The notes under the pieces are model-generated. The model did no database searches, was not told where the DNA came from, and saw only the letters and a list, made by a program, of their open reading frames with translations. From an uncultured Phycisphaerales bacterium (lineage in GTDB: Bacteria; Planctomycetota; Phycisphaerae; Tepidisphaerales; Tepidisphaeraceae), in NCBI GenBank assembly GCA_963758525.1, contig CAVWVQ010000003.1, forward strand, positions 3,168,001 through 3,232,000: a stretch of 64,000 nucleotides of DNA. The letters are read 5' to 3'. Positions within the stretch are counted from its first letter, which is position 1. Every line of letters starts with the position of its first letter. Below, one piece after another: positions 52,256 to 63,033 of this stretch. The translations under genes were made by a program, and so were the position numbers.

Positions 52256-52726
52256 CTACAACGTTTCCGAAAACCGCGCGATGAACTGCGGCACCGGATA
52301 GTGCTTCATCAGGAATTCCCGAAGCTGCTTCCGCTCGGCAATCAGAAAGTTGATCGGCTCGTCCAGTTTCCGGGCCGAGAAATTCACCGACCGTACCAGG
52401 CTTTCAGCGCTGGTGGCCATCGCCAAATCCATCTGATCGTCGCGCTTGAGCGGCAGCAGGTGAAACTGCCACGCCTGGCGGCGATTGAGCGTGCGCAGCG
52501 CTTCGGTTTCGACGTCCTGCTCGTCCAGATCGACCACCCCGGCAATGCGGACGTACTGTTCCACCCACGCATCCTCGATCGCACGCGGATTGATCCCATA
52601 CAGCCGCTCGGCAAGGTCGCCGAAGGGGCGATGCGAGAGACGTTGCACCTTCAGAATGTGCTGTACCTGGGCCTCGGTGAGGGCGCCCTGTTCCACGAGC
52701 AGTTGTCCAATCTGAATTCCGCGCAA
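52256..52726 (-). CDS. Stand-alone MshEN/GspE N-terminal domain protein
   Basis: IGQLLVEQGALTEAQVQHILKVQ..FGDL, VVDL..A..LLPL and IAERKQL. No ATPase domain. Confidence 0.8.
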   Translation of the reverse strand: MRGIQIGQLLVEQGALTEAQVQHILKVQRLSHRPFGDLAERLYGINPRAIEDAWVEQYVRIAGVVDLDEQDVETEALRTLNRRQAWQFHLLPLKRDDQMDLAMATSAESLVRSVNFSARKLDEPINFLIAERKQLREFLMKHYPVPQFIARFSETL

Positions 52727-52820
52727 AATGGCCTCCTGACGGATCTTGAACCTTTGAGCTTATCGGCAGGAGGGGAGGGAGGCTTGGCGAGAAATATGGA
52801 CCGATAGCTACGGCAGACCT

Positions 52821-53390
52821 TTATGGCAGCATGTCGGCGACGGCGACGAGGGCCTTGGAGGCCGCGAGAGGGGCGACGGATTGGCCGGCAGTCAGAACCT
52901 GTATTGCGGCGAAGCCATGCTTGCCTGCGGTCAGACGGGGCCGTCGATATACTTCCAGGCGGTTATGGGCGAGATCCAGGACCCAATACTCCCGGATCTT
53001 CCGGCTGGAATATCGCTGCAGCTTGATGCCGCGATCGTATGCGAGCGTGGTGTCGCTCACCTCGACAACGAGTAATGGCTTCACGCGATTGCCGCCGCCC
53101 ACGAAGTCACGCTTAGCACCGGCGACTACCGCCAGATCCGGCTCGGGCACGTCCAAATTATCCAGGCGGACGGGTGCCTGCATTCGCACCCAGTAACCTG
53201 TGCCGAACGCCTTCTCGAGCGCCTCCGCAGCGAGCGCGACGGCGATGACGTGCGTATCCGGTTGTGGCGCCATTTGGATCACCTCTCCGCGCAGCAATTC
53301 CACCCGCTGGTCTCTGAAGAAACCAGCGTCAGCCATCTGCTGGTACTCATCACTTGTCCAGCGGCGTTTTCGCGGTTCGGCGAGTGTCAT
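52821..53390 (-). CDS. Uma2/DUF820 family endonuclease-like protein
   Basis: WTSDEY, VELLRGEVIQM, PEPDLAVV, VEVSDTT..D..K and EYWVLDL motifs. Confidence 0.92.
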   Translation of the reverse strand: MTLAEPRKRRWTSDEYQQMADAGFFRDQRVELLRGEVIQMAPQPDTHVIAVALAAEALEKAFGTGYWVRMQAPVRLDNLDVPEPDLAVVAGAKRDFVGGGNRVKPLLVVEVSDTTLAYDRGIKLQRYSSRKIREYWVLDLAHNRLEVYRRPRLTAGKHGFAAIQVLTAGQSVAPLAASKALVAVADMLP

Positions 53391-53404
53391 GATCAAACTC
53401 CGCG

Positions 53405-53710
53405 TCACGCGAAAATCTCAGCGACGGTGCGTTGGAAGCCGGGGACCACGTTTCCTCCATCGAGGGTGTCTGCCTCGCGCAAAACCAACGGCTGTAGTCC
53501 ACTCTGATGAGCGGTGACGGTTTTCCGACGCGGATTGACAAGCCAGACAAGGGCGGCTCCTGCACTCAAATACTCGTCAACCTTATCTTCAACCTCCTGC
53601 GCCGTGTCGGACGGGGATAACAACTCTCCGTTGACCAACTCGCGTCGCACGTTTCCATCGGGGAGGCTCCAAAGCTCATCCGCCGTCATCATTCGTGATG
53701 TGGTAGTCAT
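53405..53710 (-). pseudogene. Uma2/DUF820 gene with an in-frame internal deletion
   Basis: N-terminal ELVNGEL is joined directly to LSPSD..KV..YL.AG..VWLVNP. Only 101 aa. Confidence 0.75.
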
Positions 53711-53788
53711 AAGATCGAGCCTTTCCTCTCAATATACCCGATCCCGAGGTTGAACTGGTGTTCCCTGGACCCCTGAACACCCTGAACC

Positions 53789-55324
53789 CTAAACGACCTG
53801 ATGCGCCGGCTTCGGCAGATCGTCATGAATCGTCTGCTGCTTCGGCTGATCGCCCGCGAAGGTGAAGAGGATCATGTCGTCGTCGATGCGCGCCTGCAGA
53901 TGCACGGGCCGCTGCCAGATGCGGTACAGATTCTTGAGCGTCTCAACCGCGTATTTGATTTCGATGTCCAGCCCGTTGTGTTTGTGCGCCAGGAACAGCT
54001 CGCCGCGATTGGCGTAGTTGCCATCAACGACGTAAATGAACGGCTGGCCCATGTTCGTCAGTTGATAGAGCAGCGTCTGCTTGATCCGCTGCGGATCGCG
54101 GCTGACGATCCGAAGCTGCCCGGTGTGGGGGTCGCGGCCATATTGGTAAAACTTGTGCTTCTCGATGAATTCGGGCGTCATGAACTCGTCGATAAAGTTC
54201 ACGTCGTTGTAGACGCGCCGCACTTCAAAGATCTTTTCGCGCCCCAGCCCAAGTCCCTTGTCCCACCGGCGTTTTTCACCGAGGTTTTGCGCTTCCTCGT
54301 ATTCTTTGCCGAACTTCCCTTTGTTCCAGCGATCTTCGATGTCGCGGAACAGTTCGATGCCGATTTTGTAAGGGTTAAAGTTGCCCGGCGGCATGTGCAC
54401 GGTGCCACTGTGATGATCGGCATAGTCGACGATGTCATGTGCCCCAACAAAGTGCCGGGTCATCAGCGTGCTGTGCCAGTAGCTGGCCCAACCTTCGTTC
54501 ATGACCTTGGTCATGCCTTGGGGCGCGAAGTAGTAGCTTTCCTCGCGGACGATCGAGAGACAGTCCATCTGCCAGTCTTCCAGGCGGGCGTGCTCGAGCA
54601 GGTAAAGCAGCACGTCGCGCGTGGGGCGCGATGGGGTCGCGTGGCGCATCTTTGCCTTCTCATCGCGAAACTTCTTCGCCTCGGCTTCGATGACTTTCGG
54701 CGGATTGATCCAGCGATCCAGATAATCCTTGCTCTTGAACTTGTTGGCCATCGGCTCTTCGCGCTTGGCGGGCTCGACCGCATTGTCGTTGGGGCCGCGC
54801 TTCAGGAACATGCTGTGCGGATCGATCAGATGCTCGAGGCTCAGGCAGGTGTCGAGCCAGCGCTCGACCACGTCGTAGCCGTGCTTCTCGATGTGCTTGC
54901 GGACGTGCGTCGCGTGATTCGCCATCTCGTCCATCATTTTCCGATTGGTCTGGCTGAACCACAGGTTGTTCTTGAAGAAGTCGCTGTGCCCGTAAACGTG
55001 CGCGATCACCAGCTTCTGATCCACCAGCGCGTTGGATTCCTGCAAGTAGGCGTAGCAGGGATCGTTGTTGATCACCATCTCGTAAATCCGGCCCAAGCCG
55101 TAATGATGGCGCTTGCGCAAGCTCTCGTATTCCGATCCGTAACGCCAGTGCGGATAGCGCTGCGGAAACCCGCCGTACGCGGCGATCTGATTCATCTGCT
55201 CGTAGTCGCACATCTCGAAGATGACGGGGAAAAAGTCCAGCCCGTACGAACGCGCGCGCTCGCGGATCTGCTTCTTGGCCGCAAGAAGATCGTCGGGGAA
55301 CGGGATCAGCGTGTGAGATGCCAT
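53789..55324 (-). CDS. spoVR: SpoVR family protein
   Basis: [49 protein letters not shown] and NPYKIG motifs. Confidence 0.95.
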   Translation of the reverse strand: MASHTLIPFPDDLLAAKKQIRERARSYGLDFFPVIFEMCDYEQMNQIAAYGGFPQRYPHWRYGSEYESLRKRHHYGLGRIYEMVINNDPCYAYLQESNALVDQKLVIAHVYGHSDFFKNNLWFSQTNRKMMDEMANHATHVRKHIEKHGYDVVERWLDTCLSLEHLIDPHSMFLKRGPNDNAVEPAKREEPMANKFKSKDYLDRWINPPKVIEAEAKKFRDEKAKMRHATPSRPTRDVLLYLLEHARLEDWQMDCLSIVREESYYFAPQGMTKVMNEGWASYWHSTLMTRHFVGAHDIVDYADHHSGTVHMPPGNFNPYKIGIELFRDIEDRWNKGKFGKEYEEAQNLGEKRRWDKGLGLGREKIFEVRRVYNDVNFIDEFMTPEFIEKHKFYQYGRDPHTGQLRIVSRDPQRIKQTLLYQLTNMGQPFIYVVDGNYANRGELFLAHKHNGLDIEIKYAVETLKNLYRIWQRPVHLQARIDDDMILFTFAGDQPKQQTIHDDLPKPAHQVV

Positions 55325-55520
55325 AACGGACGCACCTTTGCTGGTGAATTCTAGGTGACTCTGCGCGCAACGCGCATCACTGTCGTTTACCGGCTGCCCG
55401 CGGGGCAGCGATGTACTTTATGCAAAATTGACGGTGGTCACACAAGCTTTACACACTTTTCGCCCCCGCAGGTACTATCAACAGCATCAGTTGCACCGGC
55501 GGAAACTTTCGGAGGATCAC

Positions 55521-56366
55521 GTGAAAAGAGATTGGAACATCTGGATCGCGGTGTTGATGTTGGCCGGAAGTATCGCATGGAGCACGTCAGGCGCGAGGGC
55601 GGACGCTCCCGCTGCTCCGCAGTTCCATCCCACCACTGGGCCCGCGGAGACGTCAGCCACCGCACCGGCGACCGCGCCCACTACAATCATCACGCGCGCC
55701 CCGCAGGTTCCGGATGTCGCCGCACCCAAGTGGGACAAAACCGGTTCGATCGACAAGCGATTCCGGGCCATGCATGAGTCGTTCCTCAAGCGCGGAGAGA
55801 GCGGCCCAATCGGTCTGCTGTTCCTCGGCGACTCCATCACCGAGGGGTGGGTGAAAGCGCAGGCCCTCTGGAACGAGCGCTACGGCAAGGACGACGTGGC
55901 GAATTTTGGAATCAGCGGCGATCAGACGCAGCATGTCCTCTGGCGCATCGACAGCGGGGAGCTGGACCGTATTTCTCCCAAGGTCGTCGTGCTGATGATC
56001 GGCACCAACAACATCCCGCGCTTTCCCAAGGAACAGGTGCTGCCCGGCGTGGTCAAAGTCGTGGCGGAAATTCATGAGAACCTGCCGCAGACCAGGCTGC
56101 TTCTGCTGGCGGTGTTTCCCCGCGGCGCCGACCCGAAGGACCCAAAGGTGGCCGAGCTGCGGGAGAAGATCAAGTTCGTCAACGAAGGGCTCGCGAAGCT
56201 CGATGACGGAGACAAAACCCGCTACCTCGATATCGGTCCAAAGTTCCTTGATGCGGACGATAAGCTGCCAAAGGAGATCATGCCCGATGCGCTGCATCCG
56301 AATGCAAAAGGATATCAGATGTGGGCGGACGCGATGCAGCCGTTGCTCGACGAGATGATGAAGTAA
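55521..56366 (+). CDS. Exported SGNH/GDSL hydrolase
   Basis: GGAGG SD with GTG start, signal peptide, GDSIT, GTNN and DALHP motifs. Confidence 0.92.
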   Translation: MKRDWNIWIAVLMLAGSIAWSTSGARADAPAAPQFHPTTGPAETSATAPATAPTTIITRAPQVPDVAAPKWDKTGSIDKRFRAMHESFLKRGESGPIGLLFLGDSITEGWVKAQALWNERYGKDDVANFGISGDQTQHVLWRIDSGELDRISPKVVVLMIGTNNIPRFPKEQVLPGVVKVVAEIHENLPQTRLLLLAVFPRGADPKDPKVAELREKIKFVNEGLAKLDDGDKTRYLDIGPKFLDADDKLPKEIMPDALHPNAKGYQMWADAMQPLLDEMMK

Positions 56367-57898
56367 TTATTTTAAGACGGCGGAGAGGAACTTCATGAGC
56401 GCGACGTTGTCGATGGCCGCGCTGTTTCCGACCATGGAGACGGCCATCGCGCCAACCGCGTTGCCGATCACCCCCAGCACCGGCGCCGTGCGCCTTGGCG
56501 CATGCAGAGCGAGGTGACGGCAAAGAGTGCGTCGCCCGCGCCGATGCGGTCGACAAAATGGCCCGCCATCGCCGGGACGTGCACGATCGGCTCATCTTTG
56601 CCATAGCAAACCAGGCCTTGCCGCCCGCGCGTCACCAGCATTTTCCGGCTGTTCAGCGTCGTCGCCACCTTCCTCATGATCTGGCCGATTTCCTCGCGCC
56701 GCTGCCGGGCTTCGAGACGGATTTCTTTTTCCGAAATGCAGTAATAATCGGCCCGCGCGTATTTGCTGGCGGTGTTGAAGCCGTGATTGGCGGCATTGGA
56801 TTGCGTGTTCACCGCCAGGCAGTTTGCCTTGCGGCAGAGGATGTCGATCGCCTCTGCTTCAAGCAGGTGGTGTCCGAAGTCGCCGACAATCACCAGGTCG
56901 TATTCGGAAAGCCGGGCGTCGAGCATCTCGCACAGCCGGGCCGCGTTGCGCGGTTCATCCGCGTCTTCGTTCATCAGATAGACTTCAAACATCTTCTGAA
57001 ACGGATAGCTCTCGATGAATCGCCGTTTCACGATCGTCGGCGTGTCGGACTGGTAGATGAACGTCGGGCGAATCTTCGGGTTGAGCTTCGTCCGAACGAA
57101 TTCTTCCTGGGTGTCGTCGAGTCCCAGCGCGCTGATGAGATCGACGTTGTCGCAGAACGACGCGACGTGGTTTGCCAGCGCGATCGCTCCGCCGGCGAAC
57201 TGCTCGCGCGACTTGTAGCGCACTGCCAGGATCGGCTCCTTGCCGCTCTTCCCCAGCGTTTCGCAGTAGTGGTAGTCATCGATGATCGTCTCGCCGACCA
57301 CCAGGACGCGCAGCTTCCGGGCGCCGGTCAGATACCCGAGCAATTCATCGGCGGGATGCGTCTTCGCGAACTCGACAAGATATTCGGCAGTCTCCTTGGG
57401 GACCGACGGCATGTGGCGGTTGAGGATGTGCGAGGAGCTGAAGACGATGTCGTCGGTGAAAACCAGCTCCCCGCCAACCGATTCAATCGCCTCGCGTTCC
57501 AGCGTGATTCCGCCGGTAACGTCCTTGCCGGCATCCCTGTAATCCGATCCTTTTACGTAAAAATCCGGTTTCAGCAGCTTGATGACTTCAACCGCCGACG
57601 GCCACCGATTCACCGCGACGTAATCAACGCATTGCAGATTGGCCACCAACTCCGCGCGGAGAAGCTGATTGAATGCCGGACGATTTGGCCCCTTGTTCAC
57701 AAATTCATCCGGAGTGAGCGTCACGATCAGCGCGTCGCCAAAGTCGCGGGCCTTCTGAAAATGACGGACATGCCCCACGTGCAGCAAATCGAAAACGCCA
57801 TGGCACTGCGCCACGCGTTTTCCGTTGGCGCGCAAATCTGCAACGATCCTCGCAAGGTCGTCAAGCTCCTGAATCTTCTGACTTGGCGCGTCGGCCAT
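56367..57898 (-). CDS. Bifunctional nucleotidyltransferase / PfkB sugar kinase (HldE-related; apparent frameshift near 56490)
   Basis: HGVFDLLHVGH, YVKGSDY, FSSS and DRIGAGD motifs. The alternative frame ends NAVGAMAV..AVLK* at 56367. Confidence 0.88.
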
Positions 57899-57968
57899 GA
57901 TGTCTGACCCTCAGAAGGCGGTCTGCAACAAAAAAGAGCCGCACCCGGCTTATCATTCCCAACAGAAA

Positions 57969-58962
57969 TCATCGCGCCAGATGAGCAAACCAAACTGAGG
58001 TCGCCGCCGCGATCGACTGCTCGTCCCACACCGGCGCGTCTTTCCAAAGCTGAATGTTGTCGAGCATGATACGCACGCCCGCTTCGAACGGCACCCGGGC
58101 GTGCCACCCCAGGCGCTCTCTGAATTTTCGAGACGTCGGCAAAGGTGCAGTCCGGCTCGCCCGGACGCTTGGGCAGATGGTGAATCGGCCCTCCCAGCAA
58201 CTCCACCAGATGTTTGATGCTCATCGTATTGCCCGACCCGACGTTGAAGATCTCGCCGACCGCGTCCGATTGCGCCGCGGTCGCAAACGCATCAGCCACG
58301 TCAGTGACAAAGGTAAAGTCGCGCGTCTGGCTTCCATCGCCAACAACGGTGTACGGCTGTCCCGCCAGCTTCTGCGCGAGAAACACGCCAAAAACCGCCC
58401 CATAAGCCCCGGTCGTTCGCGACCGCGGCCCATAGACGTTGAACAGCCGCAGGGAAACTGCGGGAAGCTGGTACGTCGACGCCCAGTGCATCACGTACTG
58501 TTCGCCCAGGTACTTCGTCAGTGCATACGGATACATCGGCCGGGCGGGCGCGGTTTCCGGCGTCGGATAGACGTCGGGAATTCCATAACACGAGCTCGAC
58601 GCCGCGTAGACGAACCGCTGCACGCCGGCGCTGCGGGCCGCCTCCAGCGCACCGATCGTCCCCGATACGTTGGCCGCGTGATATTGCAGCGGCTGACGAA
58701 TCGAGGGAACGATGTCCGCAAGCCCCGCAAGGTGAAACACCCACTGCGCGCCCGTCATCGCCGGTGCAAGCGCCGCGACATCGGCAACATCCACCTTGTG
58801 AAACGTGACCGCCGGATTTCCCTTCACCGGCGCGAGATTTTCCAGCCGCCCGGTGGCGAGGCTGTCGACGACCGCAACGCGATGCCCGTCGCGAACGAGA
58901 CGTTCCACGAGATGGCTTCCGATAAACCCGGCGCCGCCGGTGACCACGCATTGTTTGTTCAT
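57969..58962 (-). CDS. NAD-dependent nucleotide-sugar epimerase/dehydratase (apparent frameshift near 58110)
   Basis: TGGAGFIG, SSSCYG, YALTK and FNVYGP motifs. Confidence 0.9.
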
Positions 58963-58975
58963 GGGCTGCACAGAT

Positions 58976-59971
58976 TCATTTCAATGCCGCCCGCTGCATC
59001 GTCTTGATGTTGTAATATCGCTCATCATTCGGATCGGGAACCAGCCCTTCCTTGAACGCGCCCACCAGATCGCGGACCGCGTCTTCCACTGTTTTCTGTG
59101 GGGAAAAGCCCAGCTCGCGCTTGATCTTTTCCGAAGAGATCCGATACGAGCGCGGATCGTCAGTGCTCGTGCGCATGATCGTCACGTCCGGCCCCACGAT
59201 CTTCCTGACGGTCTCGGCGATCGCGTTGATCGTCATGTTGTCATAACCGGCATTGAAGATCTTCCCATCAATGGCGGCGTCCGGATACTGCAGCGATTCG
59301 ACGTACAGCCGGGCGATGTCATCGATGTGAATGTTCGGGCGCTTCTGATCGCCGCCGAAGACCGTGATCTTCCGGCGATGGTACGCGTGATTGGTGAGGA
59401 TATTGACCGACAGATCGAGCCGCAACCGCGTTGAATACCCGCAAACGGTCGCGGGGCGAAGCACCAGTGCCGTGAATCCAGGCGACCGCTTCTCAAGCAG
59501 AATCACTTCGCAGTCAGCCTTGAACTTCGAATAATCCGTCAGCGGCTCGAGCGATAGATCCTCGGTGACGTTTTCTTCTTCTTTCACGCCATAAACGCTG
59601 GAGGACGACGCGTAAATAAATCGCCGAACGCCAGCGTTCTTCGCCGCGTCCACGAGCGGCCCGAACGCGTCGAGATTGATGCTCTTCCCCAGGGCCGGAT
59701 TCAGTTCAAAGCTCGGATCATTGGAGATGCACGCCAGATGGATCACCGCGTCGCATCCGGCCACGGCTTCTTTGACCACCGCCGGGTCGCGAAGATCGCC
59801 GCAGATTTGCGTCAGCTTCGGGTGCCGGGCGACGCGCTCGAGCACGTCCTTCCCATAGAGATAAAGATCCAGCACGCGCACGGCATGGCCGGCGTCCAAT
59901 AATTTGGGAACCAGTGCCGCGCCGACGTACCCCGCGCCGCCGGTGACAAGAACGGTAAACGCATTGGGCAT
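58976..59971 (-). CDS. NAD-dependent nucleotide-sugar epimerase/dehydratase
   Basis: TGGAGYVG, SSSSVYG, YSKFK and RPATVCG motifs. Confidence 0.92.
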   Translation of the reverse strand: MPNAFTVLVTGGAGYVGAALVPKLLDAGHAVRVLDLYLYGKDVLERVARHPKLTQICGDLRDPAVVKEAVAGCDAVIHLACISNDPSFELNPALGKSINLDAFGPLVDAAKNAGVRRFIYASSSSVYGVKEEENVTEDLSLEPLTDYSKFKADCEVILLEKRSPGFTALVLRPATVCGYSTRLRLDLSVNILTNHAYHRRKITVFGGDQKRPNIHIDDIARLYVESLQYPDAAIDGKIFNAGYDNMTINAIAETVRKIVGPDVTIMRTSTDDPRSYRISSEKIKRELGFSPQKTVEDAVRDLVGAFKEGLVPDPNDERYYNIKTMQRAALK

Positions 59972-60175
59972 CGCGGTGCATTCCTCAGGGAAATATTGCG
60001 GAAATCCGACTCCAACCGCCAGACTGCGAGATTAAGGGCTGCCCGCCAGATCGTCAAATTGCGGCATGCCCGTTCAGCGTGTGGAGGCGCGCGAATGACC
60101 AAGGCCCAATGGCCAACAAAGCGCCAAACCCCAAGTCCCAAGGTTCGGTTTCGCATTGGTCATTGCGGCTTCCCC

Positions 60176-60198
60176 GTGGCACGGGCATCCTGCCCGTG
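60176..60198 (+). repeat. REP-like palindrome GTGGCACGGGCATCCTGCCCGTG
   Basis: Same architecture as 9657-9679. Confidence 0.7.
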
Positions 60199-60272
60199 CG
60201 AGCGGCGTAGAAGTAGATGGAATCCGCGCTTCATCATAAACCTTTGATATCTTTGATATATACTCTCGGGCG

Positions 60273-61010
60273 ATGTCGAACAGGTCGCCCTCACACCCCA
60301 GCGAGGCGTATCCCATGGGATGTCAGGGCCAGTCAGCGCGGCTCGTCACCCGCTTATGCATGTTGAGCGCGGCATTATGCGGTATGCCATGGGGCTTGCG
60401 TCCTGCCGTGGCACAAGAGCCGCCCGTCGCGTCGGCGGCGATGGATCAGCAATGCACGCTTGTCGCACAACTGGGACATTCGAGCGATTTGAGATCTGCC
60501 TGCTTTTCCCCCGACGCCAGGCAAATCCTCACCGCAAGCGATGATCACACCGCGCGGCTATGGGACGCGGCAAGCGGCAAGGAACTGCGGCGATTCGAAG
60601 GGCACACCGACAGGGTGCTCTGTGCCTGCTTTTCTCCTGACGGCAGGCAAGTGCTGACCGGAAGCGTGGATCACACTGCCCGGCTTTGGAGCTCGTCCAC
60701 CGGCAGGGAACTGCGACGATTCACGAACGCGGAATTGGTCAGCTCCGTCTGTTTTTCCCCCGACTGCTCACGGGTTGCTGGGATAAAACCGCGCGACTCT
60801 GGGATGCCGCCACCGGCAACGAACTGCAGCGATTCGAAGGGCACTCGGACCAGGTGCGTTGCGCCTGCTTCTCCCCCGATGGCAAGCAAATCCTTACCGG
60901 CAGCTCCGACAAGACAGCCCGGCTCTGGGATGCGGGCACCGGAAAGGAACTGCGCCGATTCGAGGGGCACTCGGCGGAGTTGAGCCGCGTCTGCTTTGCC
61001 CCCGGCGGCC
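60273..61010 (+). pseudogene. 5' fragment of a WD40-repeat protein
   Basis: GH..V..ACFSPDG..ILTGS.D.TARLWD repeats in ORFs 60273 and 60686, cut off at the IS end. Confidence 0.85.
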
Positions 61011-61296
61011 CACTACTGTCCGGTCACAACTCGAACAGTGAGAGTTGGTTATGATTCCGACCTTCATCATTTTGCTGTTTGATTTCTAAAAAGAGCTGAT
61101 TTACGGGGGTTTTCTCGAAAATCATGACGCTGAGAATCTGCATAATTTCGTTCGGCGACTGCCGCAGTCCTTGGCGGTGCTTGAGCAGATGAACCAGCAC
61201 GTAGACCATCACCGCGATCCACAACTGCGTCTTGACGGCGTTGGGTGTCGTGCCGAAAAACGCCTTGATGTGCAGGTGCTGCTTCATCCATTTGAA
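61011..61296 (-). mobile_element. IS4-family remnant (transposase C-terminus plus right end)
   Basis: FKWMKQHLHIKAFFGTTPNAVKTQLWIA..NQLSLFEL* followed by the terminal TGACCGGACAGTAGTG. Confidence 0.85.
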
Positions 61297-61775
61297 TCAA
61301 TCGCGGCCTGGGGCAACTCGCCTATGACAAGCGAATGCGCGTGCTCGCCGCCAGCCAGAGCGACCGTGAGGCCATCGAGAGTCAAATGGTGCAGCACGGC
61401 CTGCTAACCTACGCAATCGTCCACGACGGCCTCGATGCCAGGCAGGCGCCCCAACTGAACGTGAACATCTACGTCACCAGGCAGATGACCAGTCTCGGCG
61501 GATGTCTGCGGTACGCCGTCGAACGCGTCCCCTCTCTCTACGCCGAGGTGCAAAAGGGCCAGATCAATGATTTCGGCGTCGGCGACTCCCCGCGCGGCAT
61601 GCGCGGACTCAGGTTGGCCGACACACCCGATGCCGAGGGTTTGAATGACAGCGCCCGCGCCCCGCGATATTCGACTTTGCAGACCCCGCCCAGGACCCAA
61701 GGCTCGTCGTCGGCAGCCAGACTTTCGGACCGCTCTTCCTCAAGCCGAGGCAATAGCGAACGGGGCTGCGAATAG
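61297..61775 (+). pseudogene. 3' fragment resembling the C-terminus of a caspase-like (C14) domain
   Basis: RGLGQLAYDKRMRVLAASQ..EA.E..HGLLTYAIV.DGL..YAVERVP. Confidence 0.6.
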
Positions 61776-62073
61776 TTGCCATGCCTTGCTCTCCGACTCG
61801 CCGCCAAAAACGCCGACAGTGGATTCACCGAAGAATACCGGCGAGCGGTTTCCGGGAAAGCCAACGGATTGCCATCCGTGGGTCTTCGTATTGCACAAGC
61901 GCCCGATCGCAAGCGGTCGCGGAAGATGCGACGGGATAGGGCGCCCTGTCAGAGAAAGAAGGCGTCAATGAACATTCCCCCGGATTCGAAAGAGCGGCTC
62001 TTGGAAGAGGAACGGCGCATTGACGTTTCGACGTCCGATCGGTTCTGGTAAACTCAAGAGAACCAAAGGCGCT

Positions 62074-63033
62074 ATGCAAAACAAAAACGACATTCGCGAC
62101 ATGTTCTCACGACGCCGATTTCTTGCCGGCACGGCGGCGGTCGGGGCTGCGGTGATGCTCGGCCGGGAAGCTCCGGCGACTGAGACCCCGCCGGCCGAGA
62201 CGAGCGGCAAGCCCCACTCGGTGTTCGGCGGCGTGGTGATCGGAATCAACACCTACAGCTACCGCGGCGGCGAGATCAACACCGCCGAGGAAACCCTCAA
62301 GGCCTTGATCGAGGACGGTCTGAGCGAGTGCGAGTTGAAGGATGGCCCGCTTCGCGCTTACGGCGTGTATCCCGCGTCGGCCACGAAGGGGGAATTGCTC
62401 GGCGCCAAGCCGACCGAGGAGGAACTCGCCAAACGCCGTGCGGGCATGCTCGCCAAAGCCGCGGAGCTGCGCAAGATGTACAACGACGCCGGCGTCAACA
62501 TTCACATTCACAAATGCCCATTCGGGCCGAAGGATGAAGACATCAACTTCAACTTCGATCTGGCCAAGGCGCTGGGATGCAAGGCCATCACCACCGAGCG
62601 CAGCGACAGCCTCGCCAAAAAGCTCGCGCCATTCGCCGAGAAGCACAAGATTTACGTGGCGTTCCACAACCACACCAACGACATGCCGATCATCGACAAG
62701 CCCGACCCGCTTCTCGATTGCGGCCAGTACATCATGTTCAATTTCGACATCGGCCACTACGTGGCCGGCTCGAAGGGCAAGAGCCCCATCCCCGTAATTG
62801 AAAAATACCACGACCGGATCATCAGCCTGCACCTCAAAGACCGCACTGCCGACGGCGGCAATCTGCCTTGGGGTCGGGGCACGACACCCATCAAGGAAGT
62901 GCTGCAACTTCTCAAGCAGGAGAAGTGGCCGATATACGGCGACATTGAGCTGGAATATAAAATTCCCCCTGGCTCCACATCCGTCGCCGAAGTCGCCAAG
63001 TGCGTGGCGTACTGCAAGGAAGCGTTGACGTAG
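62074..63033 (+). CDS. Tat-exported sugar phosphate isomerase/epimerase (TIM barrel)
   Basis: SRRRFL Tat motif plus HNH, DIGH, HLKD and IELEY motifs. Confidence 0.9.
   Translation: MQNKNDIRDMFSRRRFLAGTAAVGAAVMLGREAPATETPPAETSGKPHSVFGGVVIGINTYSYRGGEINTAEETLKALIEDGLSECELKDGPLRAYGVYPASATKGELLGAKPTEEELAKRRAGMLAKAAELRKMYNDAGVNIHIHKCPFGPKDEDINFNFDLAKALGCKAITTERSDSLAKKLAPFAEKHKIYVAFHNHTNDMPIIDKPDPLLDCGQYIMFNFDIGHYVAGSKGKSPIPVIEKYHDRIISLHLKDRTADGGNLPWGRGTTPIKEVLQLLKQEKWPIYGDIELEYKIPPGSTSVAEVAKCVAYCKEALT

Noticed and set aside
53801..57907. Long antisense ORFs (53801-55354, 56495-57907; also 44505-46058, 11113-12219, 18466-19641)
   Set aside because: They are shadow frames of high-GC genes with no motifs.
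9852..60780. At least a dozen single-base frameshifts (pnp, two HEAT genes, ADH, GT4, permease, propeller, EAL, HldE-like, epimerase, WD40) as programmed frameshifting or pseudogenisation
   Set aside because: They hit conserved core genes, mostly in short G/C or homopolymer runs, with no shared slippery motif and no other decay. Sequencing indels are the simplest explanation; read polishing would decide.
60470..61010. WD40 nucleotide repeats as DGR template/variable repeats
   Set aside because: No reverse transcriptase, and the differences are not adenine-specific.
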